DNA from: Phoronis australis
Lineage: Eukaryota; Animalia; Phoronida
Length of the DNA: 64,000 bases
NCBI GenBank assembly: GCA_002633005.1
Contig: NMRA01000524.1
Span: forward strand, 2,953 to 66,952
Direction: 5' to 3'
The position numbers were made by a program, and so were the translations under genes. Under the pieces are notes generated by a model, which did not search any database, was not told the DNA's origin, and saw only the letters and a program-made list of their open reading frames with translations. Shown here piece after piece: positions 1-12,091 of this stretch (position 1 is the first letter of the stretch; the number at the start of each line of letters is the position of its first letter).

Positions 1-648
1 CCCCCCCCCATCCCCTAAATCCGCCACTGGCATTTGTTTTGTACAAGCTCTTGGTTTTGCTCAAAATGTGTCACATTGGGATCAAAAACACATTTGGCCC
101 ATTCGCGATATGGACTACTGCCTACGAATCCGTCGGGACAAGTACGGCCTGTAATCTTATACCCCGCTTTATTCTAAATCTCAGGCAGGCCCTCAAGAAC
201 AGACTGGAACTCAAGTTCGGCAGTGCATATCCCAGGCAGTTGCTGTCACATACCCCCAAAGTCTAACCAACGCACCGGGACTGAGCTCATTTCAGAAAAC
301 GGAGGACCGAAATAGTAACGCTAAAACAAGCTTCGTTCCTCTCGGGTCGTCATGTAAAGTGGACAAGTTACCAGCACGAGTTGCCAAGTTCTTACCAACC
401 ACCTCATTGTGTTTGACTAACCTCACCGGAATGGGCTCTTCTGGGTCGACGACCTAGAATTTATCTTGCCCACTAATCAGGGCGCGAATTCAGATTTCCA
501 CGGTACATCATGTATCGTCGCCAGCTGGCAGGAAGGCAAGTGACCTTCAAGGGAACCGGAAAAGCATAAAGCTATTTACAGGCTGGGATCGAGGACGTAG
601 TCAAGACGCTGGCAGTTATCTCTCCGCGGCGGATAGGTTGCTGTCTTT

Positions 649-1296
649 ATGGAGAACCTTTACTGCTCGTTTGCTCGTTTTATTTTCATCGTATTTTGTC
701 TTCATTCCTGCCACAACCATCTAGCAGTTCAGCTAGCCACGGCGCCAGCCGTGAAGGGAACGTCAATAGTGTTGAGTGTTCTTTCTGATACTGACATAAC
801 AATACTTTTTGACAAGCCTCAGAACCAAACTGTCATCGACCATTATGAGCTGATTTGTGTGAAGTATACTGCAGGGCACTTTCCTACGGGAGACAGAGTG
901 GTCTTAAAAGCCAACGCAACGGATAGAAACATAAGCGTTTCTTACTGGGAAACCATGACCGTGTCTGAAATCCAGTTGCTTGGGGTACTGGTTCCAGAAA
1001 CTCACTACAAGTTTTTTCTGAAGACTGTAGCGACAGGAGGGCACAACGACAGTGCAGAGGTCGAAATACCGCCAGGAATAGTGCGTACCCGTGAAACACT
1101 CGCCACACTTGATTGCTGGGATAATATACGTGCAGGGATACAGTTCACTGGACTGCTTTTGGCGATGGTTACAGTGGTGTATGTGCTAAGCCAGGTTTGT
1201 TTGGACTGGTTCTGCGATAACCGCCGTTACTATATGATTTGGACAGACTATGGAGTTATAGACCAACATGAAGGAGTTCATAAACTGCAATGTTGA
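649..1296 (+). CDS. Single-exon type I membrane protein with one fibronectin type III domain (215 aa)
   Basis: Longest ORF in the window. It has a hydrophobic N-terminal signal-like stretch (FIFIVFCL), FN3-like strands (ITILFDKP...IDHYELIC...VLVPETHYKFFLKTV, with the L-x-P-x-T-x-Y signature), four N-glycosylation sequons (NQT, NAT, NIS, NDS), a TM segment (IQFTGLLLAMVTVVYVLSQVCL) and a ~30-aa tail. Confidence 0.75.
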   Translation: MENLYCSFARFIFIVFCLHSCHNHLAVQLATAPAVKGTSIVLSVLSDTDITILFDKPQNQTVIDHYELICVKYTAGHFPTGDRVVLKANATDRNISVSYWETMTVSEIQLLGVLVPETHYKFFLKTVATGGHNDSAEVEIPPGIVRTRETLATLDCWDNIRAGIQFTGLLLAMVTVVYVLSQVCLDWFCDNRRYYMIWTDYGVIDQHEGVHKLQC

Positions 1297-2289
1297 CCAC
1301 TATGGCGACGCCGTTTCATTTCTCGCTTCAGTTGCAATTACTTCATAGACATGCGCCAGCCTGTCTCAGTCTTAGAACGGCTTACTCGACGTTAATCACT
1401 TTATGTTCATGTATATCCAATATTACTTATGTTATAATGAAATTTAACAGTTTACATTACAGAATTGAGACAACGAAATACCCCCGAGACGCTGGCAAAC
1501 CTACATGCTATGTAGCATGTGTGCAGATGTTCTGGCTTAATTTGTGGGTCAGCGCATTAACATTGATACGATACTCATTTATTACGTCATGTATGAACTT
1601 GCACAGCTGACTACTGATACGCTACTAGTATTCATTTAGTACGTAGTAAGTAAGAAAGTAAAATGTTTTTTTAACATCAATATAATATAGGTTAACAGCA
1701 AAACATTAGGACTAGTGCTAGTGACCGATATAAATGAGAAATTGCTATGTACAAAAGAGCCAGAAGGGTTATGTACAGAAAGTATACAAACATGCATGAC
1801 TTATCAAGCATCAAAAGACAGTATTTGACAACGTAGGCACTGTTGGCATTCACAAGCTTGGCGTACATGGCGACTTAACTCATTAATATAGGTATTGAGA
1901 TCTTGGCAACATCTTATACATTCCCATGCACGCACCCGGCAGCCTAAAAAAATTTGATAGATCCTGGCTTTTTAGTGAACTTCTGTCTCGACGTTCTCTA
2001 CTTTTGTTTTAGTGATGGGGACCCGTTGCCCCCGAGCCCGAGCGCAAGCTTTTGTCTGGTTGGACAACATGCAGGCCAATTATCTACCAGACTTTATAAT
2101 TACCGACCACGTTAGACCGGCAGCCCAGAGCACTTAGCATAGGTGAACGAGGCATGCATACCGACATCTGAGCGTAGGAGCACGTAGAGTCCAACTCAGC
2201 CTATGTAAGGAAATGGCATAAAAAGAAATGGACGTCTGTCTTTGTAGTCTCTGTGTGACCCCTGGGTACCCTACAAGGAGGCAAAAATG

Positions 2290-2706
2290 GAGTTGAATTA
2301 GATATTCGAGGTACCGGCAAGAACTGATTTAAAACTGACATTAGTACCGCACTGAACACCGAATGATCCATGACAGACAAATTGCACTCTAGAATGGGTC
2401 CAGCAGAAACCAAAAAGGACCCCAAAAAATGAGGTACCTCATACATTCGAGGTGGTACCACAAAAAAACAATGCCCCATGACGGACACAGTACACTCTGG
2501 GTTGTGTCTACCACAAATCCCCCAATATGTCAACAATGGTATGCCATTTGAAATTTGAGTTAGATTAGTTATTCGAGATACCAGCTAAAACTGATTTAAA
2601 AGGAACAACAGTAATGCAGTGAACACCGGAAGACCCATGACAGACAAATTGCACTCTGGAAAGGGTTCGTCAGAAACCCCAAACGGACCCCCAAAAATGA
2701 GCTAGC
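2290..2706. repeat. Degenerate ~267-bp tandem duplication (about 1.5 units)
   Basis: CATGACAGACAAATTGCACTCT occurs at 2369 and 2636, and the flanks also align (gagtt..attag..attcgag.tacc; cagaaacc..ggaccc..aaaaatgag). Confidence 0.75.
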
Positions 2707-3539
2707 TCGTTCACACTCCGGCCAACTCGCGATCAAGAACGCCAAGAAGGCGATCGAGAACCAAACTTGGCGCGAGAAGCGAAGCCAGGCAAGGTGAAAA
2801 ATTGATGAATTTTCATTGATTTTACTTCCAATGTGAAAACAGAGACATGAGTTCAAGACGAAACATATTGAGGAAGAAGGGCAGGTGAACGTTTAGGCTA
2901 GTGTCTCTTCCAATTGTTGGAGAAAACCGAGGCACCGCATGAGCCGAAGGTGATTTGTGTGTCATTTTGGCAAACTGTGGTTATTTTCGGCACCGATCAA
3001 TAAATTGACCATGAAGTGATTACACAGGGATCAACAATATTGTAGCATTTCTATAATAATATTAATCTTTTATCACACATACCTCAAAATTTGTCATACA
3101 ACAAGATATGAAATACTGCTTTACGGAAATCAACATTGCAAACCCATTTCCTACGAATTACTTTTGGAATATATTAGACTAATCACTGAATCGTGGACAA
3201 TGTATTTCGGACTGGTTGATAGTATAAAAGTCTCTCAAAGAAATCAACAAGATGAAAGCAATTTCTACAGTAATCATAGACATATATTTTCTTTTAAAAT
3301 ACTAATAGGTCAAAACAATTTTATGTAAGTACTAAGTGTTAGTATGGTCACTTAAATCTACCTAAACACCACAAAAATGCATTGGTTCTGTTTAAAGATT
3401 CGGTTGAGAATGAAACTTGAGGAAAAAGGTTCAAAACAAACCGTCAAAATAATATCACATCAGACAACTACCAACCATAAACTCTGCAAACTGAATAAAC
3501 TATGATAGTGATTTAACAACCTTCACTACTGGACTTAAT

Positions 3540-4697
3540 AATTTCATTGTAGCAGATGAGGCCGGAGAAGCCCTCGGACAGGTTTGCAAGAATGGACGAT
3601 CTCGCCTTCTGTCACGGTCCTCGCTGGGTGTGGACGTAGAGCGAACGGCGTGGAACTGGCTGGCAGGCGATGTTGTTCTTCTTCTTTGATGAGACGTTGG
3701 CTGGATGGCAACAGCATTGTTCACTTCTTTGACGCGCATGAGGCTGGCTTAGTGGCAACAGCTTTTATGCTTGTCCTGGTTGTCTTTATACTGCCCCGTC
3801 GGGACAGTTTGACTCATAGGAAGCCGGCTTAATGGCAACAGCAATCTTGTTTGTCCTTGGTTGTCTTTACACTGCCCCGTCGGGACAGTTGCCAGTAGAG
3901 CAGGGCCAGAACCCATGGTGCTCCTGGTATAGGCTTGTCACTGGAATTCGGCTTGATGGTTGTCTTTATAGACTACTGTCCCTTCGGAACAGTTGTTACC
4001 AGTTGAGCAGGGCCAGAACCCTTAGGTTCTCCTGGAACAGGCTTGTCACAGAAATGTGGCTTAGCGGTGGCGCCGTCTGCATTACGACGAGCTCGTGTAG
4101 GCTACGCCTATAGTAGGGCCTATGTTGTTCGGGAAAATCTGGGCATTGAATTCTTAGCGCCCAGTTGTGCATTCTCTGTAGTTTTTCGATGGTGGAAGAA
4201 GATTGAAATATCGATCGCATCATATTCGAACAGGGGCCTGATGAACATGAGTAGGCAGTCGCTCCTAGCGCCCCACCCTGTGCCCTTGAATCAATACTGG
4301 CCTAAGCTTGACTCTAGTTGTGGAACCTGGCGGTCACACACGCATGCGACGTGAGATCGTAACGTGAGTCTTTGATCTAGGGTTACCCTTAGAAGAGTGG
4401 CCTCTGCTTTTGGTGTGAGCCTGACACCAAATAATGAAAGACTGAACGGTCGCAGTTTGCGTTTGCGGTGGAACAGGATGACCTGTGATTTTGCAGCATT
4501 GAGTTTGATGCGCTACTGAGATAGAGCACCAGTCTTCCAGTTTTGATAATGCCCGCTGGAGGCGTGCTTGGACAACTGTCTCTTGTTTGTCACTTGTTGT
4601 AGGCGAACTGGGATATCTGGACTTTGTCCCTTGGGTGAACTGGTAGGTCGTTGACGTAGATCAAAAACAGCAACGGACTTAGGGCGGACCCCTGGGC
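3540..4697 (-). mobile_element. 5'-truncated, decayed non-LTR retrotransposon (Jockey/I-group-like RT) with repetitive 3' region
   Basis: The minus strand translates, with frameshifts, to QGSALSPLLFLIYVNDLP...LQRALSKLEDWC...IKLNAAKSQVILF...LRVTLDQRLTLRSHV...IEKLQRMHNWALR, which matches LINE RT domains 4-7 and the thumb. The catalytic (F/Y)ADD motif is decayed. The 3' boundary is approximate. Confidence 0.85.
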
Positions 4698-6107
4698 AAT
4701 GATTTCATTCGTGACGTTTTAACTTCTTATGCCAGAGCAGAAACCGGAGGCTGACCACCACTGAGGCTCAGTCATAGGCGTATTTAGGGGGGGCGTCCCC
4801 CCCCCCTTGNAAATTCGGAACACGGCTCAATCGTAACGGAACTATGGCTAAGCAAAGGCAAAGAGCCTAGTACACTCCTTGGTATTGGCTCTCCCGCGAT
4901 ATCCCAGGCGACCGGCAGTGGCGCTGCGCACTACGACTCCGTTTCCGTCATCTGCTTCACTGTGCAATGAAGAAAATTACTTCATTTTTTAAAGAAAATT
5001 GAATCTGAGTGAGATGAAAAAAACAGAAGCTGCTGGTAAGATGTGAATTTTAGTCGAAGCCTTAGTGAATCACTCAGAAACTCATAATTCTCTCTTTGTC
5101 AAACCTTAAGACGATTTCCAAAGCAATCGCGTCATTCTTAATGCCAACACAAAATAACTTGGATTTGGTATTTTGGGCAATTGAAGACTATTTTGAATAC
5201 AACAAATTTGTTACGAACTGATTGCACAAAATATAAAAATTGTAATAAACATTACAAAAAGAAGTAGGTTTCGCACGCAAACGCTGTGAACCATAAAAAG
5301 TAGGTCTCTCAGTCGTATCAAATTATGAGTGAAATTCGTGGTGGTGCAGTGGCAAGGTTTCCCCTAAAAGCACCCCTGGCGGTGCTGAGACGCGATCCAT
5401 GAGCGCTTTGCGTTGGTCTTCTGGCAACAGTTACATATGTAGTGGTTTAAAACAAAATTTGATTTGGGGGCTGGATGCGGCTTTCTATTTAAAGCACTTT
5501 TAGGAAACTTCTTTGATGAACTACGCTCTAGAAAAAAATGTAGGTTGTTACTGTATGTTTGTAATAAAGTATTTTTTAGGAAATTGCCTGCCGCATTGAG
5601 TGACTAGGACACAAAAGTTAACCACGTGTTTTTGCCTTTGGGTTTCTTTTATGCAAACGGTGTTTCTGACATACATCCAAGCTTTGACGCTGCTTGTCAA
5701 CTGTTAATGTTCACCACTTCCTGCAAGAGGGGAGGGGGTCGATATCCTGAGGGGAACCTGTGCTCGACACCGTACAGGTTTCCAGATAGCCGACGGAGTT
5801 CATCCGCTTCTGATTCATCCATTACGTGTATTTAGAAATTGTTTTCAGTCGCATAACGTAACCTATGCATTAACATTATACTTTTAACATTAAAATTTAA
5901 AAACACACTGAAACCGATTTTCTCTCACTAAGTACCGCGCTCTCAGCTCCACCACCTTGATTTCGCGTAGTCCATTTCCCATAAATTAATACAAAGTTTC
6001 TATTATGTTTTCACTGAAAACAGTTTTGAAAACTGACCCGCGCAAGCGAAATAAGTCCTCGTAATACCGGCAACCGAAGGCACATGATCAAAGCCGTTAC
6101 TCCTCCT

Positions 6108-6443
6108 GGGCCCGAATCTAATCTTAGTACTCGAAACGAACGCGAAATTGTTTTTGGCCACTTTTGTACGAACCCAAGATAAGTGTTTATCAGACTGTGC
6201 TCGAATACATTATAGTTAACGCATATGAGTTTCTAGTCAAAGTTTGCTCTTGATGACCCTTACATTCGTGCTACAGACGCGAACTTTTAGCTTTAATGTT
6301 GCAAATTAGGCCTAAAAATTGTCCACGTAAGTCATTATGCACTCAAGCATAGAATAATGATAGACACTTATCTTGAATTCGCACAAAAGTAGAGTAGAAA
6401 ATGCCAAACATAATTTCGAGTAAATAGATTAGAACCTGGGCCC
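6108..6443. mobile_element. Palindromic MITE with GGGCCC termini
   Basis: Long imperfect inverted arms: gggcccgaatctaatcttagtactcgaaa...caagataagtgtttatca versus the reverse complement gggcccaggttctaatctatttactcgaaa...caagataagtgtctatca. Confidence 0.7.
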
Positions 6444-7189
6444 TTGACAGCACTCTCTTCTACTAGTTCTGAGGGTCTCAGTGTCTGTCCTCGAAATCAA
6501 AAGTCGCGATTTTTGAGACATTCTAGACTTCTGTGCAAACACCACTGGAGGTAAGTGGTCATAATCCTGCGCTTGAGTTAATTACGGTTTTTGAGAGTCC
6601 AAATTCCAAAATCTGGTAAAAACTCGAAATTTCGTGTTCACAGTCGAACCTAGACCTTCAATGCTGGATTAGACAACGGAGTCGCGTAGTAAACTACATT
6701 GTACTCAAGTACAGAACAATAGGCATTTAACTTGAGTTTGTTCTAAAGTAGAACGGAAAATATAAAACATAATTTTGATTTCGAGCACAAAGATGAAATC
6801 TCGAGCCCGGTACTCTCCCATTGCACTCATCCCATGTCAGATACTGAAACTCGTGGAGTGCCTAACTAAACCCAGCAATCCCAGTCGAGGCATATCATAT
6901 ACACTTAAGTTTCTCCAGATTAAAACGGGCTATCGCCGACCAGTATTAAACAAGTCTCCCGTTGATGTCTGTGATAACCGATGTCCGTGACACTGAGAAA
7001 TTTTTTGCCCTGATGTAGGTGTATTAGGCAGGGGGCAATAACCCCCTGCCCCCGCGGACAAAAACTGCGCGCTAACTCGGGAGAAACGAAGACAAATCTA
7101 GAAGCGCTACATATATCCAATGGGAAAACGCGGGGAAGACATTACAGAACATCATGGTGAACAGCGTGGACAGGGAAGTCATTTTGTAT

Positions 7190-7316
7190 CAGTAGCGGAT
7201 TTAAATGGGAGGGGGCATGCCCCCAAACTCTCCCAGATTCCAAATGGCAGTTCGGGGATACGGACGCGCTAATACTCTGCCCTCCCCCCTTACTAAAAAT
7301 CCTGAATCCGTCCCTG
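7190..7316. mobile_element. Short GC-rich MITE (CAG...CTG ends, 5-bp TSD TGTAT), hAT-like
   Basis: Imperfect TIR cagtagcggattta / cagggacggattca (rc). TGTAT lies directly before (7185-7189) and after (7317-7321). Related pieces occur at 1-29, 4773-4809 and 10776-10891. Confidence 0.7.
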
Positions 7317-8229
7317 TGTATGGAGATAGATTGAAGGGGCTCTTCATTTAGACCAAATATCATTCCACGCTCCTTAGTGTTGGAATATGAGAGATGCCTA
7401 ATTTGAGAGTACTACGTCCAATTCGATTTTCGTTTTTAGCCGGATGATAAACACGGCAAAATGAGGCTTTACAGTAAGTGACAATTCTGTCCGTGCAGTT
7501 AAGCGGGCAGAAGCAACACTTCTAGTAGTGTTTGCACGATGCTACGTTTTCGCATCACTTGATGCAATATTTGAGTTGCATCACTAAGTAATTCAAAACG
7601 TACTTCGCCATGATTAGGTGGCCAAGAACAAAAATCGGTCTCTTACTTTCATAAAATCAGCCTCATACTAATACTCCTTAGTGACAGGGTTCTATTTCCC
7701 TTAGCGATCGAGACGAACACCGAAACTATCAGAAGATGCTTCCCAGCTTGTTGGCGTTAGACAATCCTAAAACTGCCTATTCGAAAATGGCACATGTACG
7801 CATTGCTTGTAACTCTATTTCAGCGAAGCAGAACCCTCTTAAAGACAGGAATATTAGGAGATCAATTGTATTCGTTTTTAGACAGATTAACAGTGATGTG
7901 CAACTTTAAGCTAAGGAAGATGTATGTTGAGTTGGACGCACGTTTAATTGTTGATCGTACCTGAATCAGTGAAAAAATCGTTGATAACAGTATGGTAGTT
8001 AATTACGGTAAAATCTCACAAATTTAGGACACGATATGGCCGACAAGTGAAATTTTATGTTTTCATTCTTCAATAAAAGATAAACAGCACCAAATAAACT
8101 GTTATCCCATTTAAAAGGTCTATGCTATACCTCTCTGGTACATTCAGAAATTGTGGACATTCAAAAGAATATTAGAAGCTTTTAACTGAAAAATACCAAT
8201 TTTGGCAATTATTTTTGTGTGACATTGGT

Positions 8230-8550
8230 CAGATTTAACGTAACAGTCCCCAAAGTCCCTAACCTAACATAATGGCCTCAAGGAAAAAAGACAAAGTTAC
8301 CTTTGAAGGCACTAGGTTGCAGCGTTCATCTGAAAATTGGAAAATGTTGTCACTGAATTTGACAGAACACAGCTGCTTACTTTCCAAAAAAAAAAAACTG
8401 TCCAACAAAATGAAATTCTGACAAAATTGGGCAGGTGTCATCCATTTTTGGCTAGATCCTATGTGCCAAGTTTCATTAAGATCGGTCAAAGAGCTTAAAA
8501 GCAGACACAAAAACCCAATAGGGGTCTCGGCAAGCAGCACCTCAAACCCA
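8230..8550 (+). mobile_element. Possible Helentron/HINE-like non-autonomous repeat end
   Basis: The motifs tgtgccaagtttcat...gatcgg...cagacac...caataggggtctcg resemble ends of DINE/HINE-type invertebrate repeats. Recalled similarity only. Confidence 0.3.
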
Positions 8551-9686
8551 ACTGACAACCAATAACAGCAGACATGTTAGTGCTTTGGCAGAAACACATC
8601 TGCAATTCTGCAAATTGCTTTGAAAATTGTGGTGAAAGCATGCGATCACAAAGAACACATTGTCTGTGAATGCCTGGTGGCGGCCCTGCCAGTTGAGAAA
8701 ACAACACCCATGCACTCCAAGCTGTTTAATTCCTATTGTGAGCTTGTGTTTGGATTTGCCAAAAATGTTGCTCATTTTTAAAGATTGGAATTTTCATTTG
8801 TCTGACTTCTTCCAACTTGGCTACAACTCGCAAAATCTGGTGACTTCATGGGGACTTGGAATTCTTACCACATTGCCAAACAAAATCTGAGGTTGCATTT
8901 GCTAGCTACAGGTCATTCAATCTCCTATTATCTTCTCACAGTTCTCTGAACACTTGTGTGATTTCATGACTCTTAACTTTAAAACTATATCTAGAATGCG
9001 ATTTCCAAACATGAGCTACAGTAAGTCAGACAACAAGTACTTTTTCTGTTTGACTTACATTGAGATGTTACTACATACCAGTGTTTTCTGCAGACAAGCC
9101 AGGGGCATTTGTTTTTTAAATACCAGTTTGAGCATAAAAATCCAAATATACGCATGGGTATGTATTTGAAAGTGATGAATGTATATTTGTACCTATGATA
9201 CTGTAGCTGGCGTCCCAATTGAATCCAAGAGTCGATACATCTCATTGCAGATGTATGATTATTTTACTGATGATTCTGGTGTCCTTTTCAAATTAAAACT
9301 AGAAGCTTTAGAATTCAACCGTGAATTCCCCCGATGTATGATTGAGCGTATTTGCCGAAAACTTTCCTTTTTGTGCCCCTGGGCATACCTAAAGATGAGC
9401 GTGTCTGTAGAAAAATCCAGTAGTCATCTTTGCAAACTTTGGTGAACACAAGACCAAAATTGAAGACATTTAGCTTGAGTTCATACACCAGTAAAACGAG
9501 AGAAAAAATCTAAATAAGGTTAAAGATTCAGTTGAAAAATATGACTTTTGGTACAAGTTTTTTTGTCCAATATTAATCACAATGAATACACATCATTAGT
9601 TTCGTTACTTAAAAAGTTAGATGACCTGGCAAAAATAATTTTAACAAGCTCCCATATTTTCACAGCCATTCACGTCTGGTGCTTCA

Positions 9687-10293
9687 TTAAAATACTGCAT
9701 CACAATGGGACGTCCTGCCCACTGACCGTTGCATGCTCGGATACATCGGATGCCACCAGGGCAACACAACCAGTGAAGTAATGGGGTCAATGACGATCTC
9801 GTGGTTGTCACCGGCAATGCTAAACACCATCTTCAGCTTGTAATAGCGATAGGAGACTGGGCTGACAGACATAACGATCTGACTCAACTTCATACCCATA
9901 GCTGACGGAAGGTGGATATAGTTCACGCACGATGCCTGTATCACATAACAACCCGAGTCTTCATTTGCATACAAGTCACATGTCGTGTCGTTCTTACGCT
10001 TGTAAACCAGGCACGACGACCTGCTACCATCCTTTTTCAACTTGAAGTAATACTGCCACTTGTTAGTCTTCCTCATACAATGCCATGTCACTGTACACCT
10101 GAAGTCTTTGTTGGTTAACCTGTCCACTTCGAATTGAAAGGGAGCGTAGTCCTTTAACCGGCACCTAAGAGGCTTGTACAAGTAGTGCAATGCCTTCACC
10201 ACTCTGGCTTGTAAGCCGTACCTTGTGTCTAGACATCCAAGTCTGAGATCAGATGGTAAATTTGTTCTGCTGGCGCTCGATGGTGTATAGAAT
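9687..10293 (-). CDS. TMEM183: TMEM183-family protein, last coding exon
   Basis: Acceptor attacag| at 10293; phase 2 joins to R-FYTPSS...LPSDLR...GLQARVVKALHYLYKP...WQYYFKLKK...DLYANEDSGCYVIQ...AMGMKL...IVIDPITSLVVLPWWHPMYP. This matches recalled TMEM183A motifs ([48 protein letters not shown]). Stop TAA at 9687-9689. Confidence 0.9.
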
Positions 10294-10775
10294 CTGTAAT
10301 CAAGTAAATTCTGCGACTTATGTTGAAGTGACTTGCATCAGCATTCAGTCAACAATATAGCAGTGGGAAATGGATTGTATAGTTTAACAAGAGCCAGTCG
10401 GGGCAGATCAAGCGACAAAGGTTATGACAAGATCTCACCAATACAACATGGCTGATGAGTGAAATCTTATTTTCTGATATTTCCAAATAAGATACGAAGA
10501 ACCAAATTAATGATTTTCAGCGTTCAAGTTCTGTTACCATAGCTACTACCCGATAATATTTTGAAAAATTCTGGGTATTTGTTACAATGTTAGAAGCTGA
10601 GGGTATGACAATTAACTGAATCGCGATGCAGGAGTGACTGATTTCATTCAATATTATCATGCCAAGGCCATTTCGATTAGATTCGTAGTGTCAATTTACG
10701 GCATTAGAAGACTTACAGAATTACCACACATTTGTATCTTTTTACGAGTATTATTGAGATATTGAACAAATAAAC

Positions 10776-10891
10776 CAGGGGCGGATCCAGGATTTAGAGT
10801 TTTTTTGGGGGGGGGCAGGGGAAAGTATTAGCCAGGATTTTGCTGGTCAGACATTCGCAACCCCGAACTGCCAAATGGAATCTGGGAGAAT
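10776..10891. mobile_element. GC-rich MITE copy truncated by the N at 10892
   Basis: Starts caggggcggatccagg and shares agtattagc and ccccgaactgcca..tggaatctgggaga with the reverse complement of 7190-7316. Confidence 0.6.
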
Positions 10892-11910
10892 NAGGGCTCA
10901 TTCATTAGTTGTAATCTTAACACATTTAATTGTTATGAGTGGTTGGTAAGTTAGCTACTTGTATTTGAGAAAAAAAACGAATTACTTTCACAAACAAGAA
11001 TCAAATAAATGATAATCAAATTCCTCCTAAAAAGTATCTAATCGAGTTGCTAAAAATGTGTATTGTCCACCCCCATGAGAAAACCTAGAAAACTGCAGCC
11101 ACATTGCTTTTGGATCAAACAAGTATGAGACAGTCAGCCTAAGTTAATGAACCTTTTCTCAACAAGCTGCTTGTTCATCCCAAGCCGATACTATGCAAAA
11201 TGGCTACGTTGCAAACTTAAGGACATCTGTGATTATGAGTGGAACATGCTATTATCACCAAATTGAGTAGGCTACTTCGTGACGCAACCACGCTGTGGAA
11301 TGAATACCCTGACTGACTGATCGGCCTGTTGGGAAACAGTTGTGTCCTTATCAGTTTGACAATGGCAAACCAGTGTTTACATGGCCCATCTCTCTTATTG
11401 TCTGCTTTCATCTGATGCTCATGTAATCCAGCAATTATGTTGTAAACAGCACGCCTGACACTAACCGATATTAAAAAATACTAAAGGCGAACAACTTTCA
11501 ACAACTGCCGTGAAGCAGATGTGTTTTGTAAGACATACATTCAACAAAAAACTTTGAATGGAGAAAAACGGGTGACTGTCAGAGAAATTAGATTAATGAA
11601 TTTTCTGAGACAAAGTGTGAGCTCTGACCACAGTATTGTGTACCAACACAAAAGGCTTGCTTGACAAGTTTAATCAAGCGTCATTCTAGATTAGATCGTG
11701 ATAGTGGAAATTTCTTGAGTTTACACCCTACGCAATGGCATCAAAAGAGCGAAAAATGAACACAAATGCCATGATTCGTTAGACAACAGAAATCACATCT
11801 AACCCGAGTGAGAAACTCATTAAAACCATTTCCAATAAATCACACAGGTAAATTGTCTAAATCCAAAATTATTTTTGATGGACGGCAGAGGCATACTAGC
11901 TTCAAGTTAC

Positions 11911-12091
11911 CTTTTATAGATGTTCCTCCAGAATGAGGCAGTGTGCACCACCTGGTGAGAGCCGCAGCATAGACATGCGAATGTGGCCACAGACTCTGGG
12001 TGGATGTAGTTGGATAGTATGAACCAAACATCCTGTGGATAGACTAGGCCAGTGCTTGGTTCTGTGGTACGCCATTTAGAACAAGCAAGAG
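11911..12091 (-). CDS. TMEM183: TMEM183-family protein, internal exon (F-box-like segment)
   Basis: ttttcag|...aaaag|gtaac, 181 nt, phase 1 to 2. Encodes GLVYPQDVWFILSNYIHPESVATFACLC...VVHTASFWRNIYK, versus recalled human [28 protein letters not shown]...TCTAAFWTRLYR. Confidence 0.9.

Noticed and set aside
3559-3600. GGCCGG...GAATGGAC resembling the ends of an HDV-like ribozyme
   Set aside because: No P1 complement and no nested pseudoknot pairing can be built.
10452-10465. CTGATGA-GT-GAAA hammerhead-like core
   Set aside because: No helix II and no closing helices; it lies in an interspersed repeat also seen near 38510.
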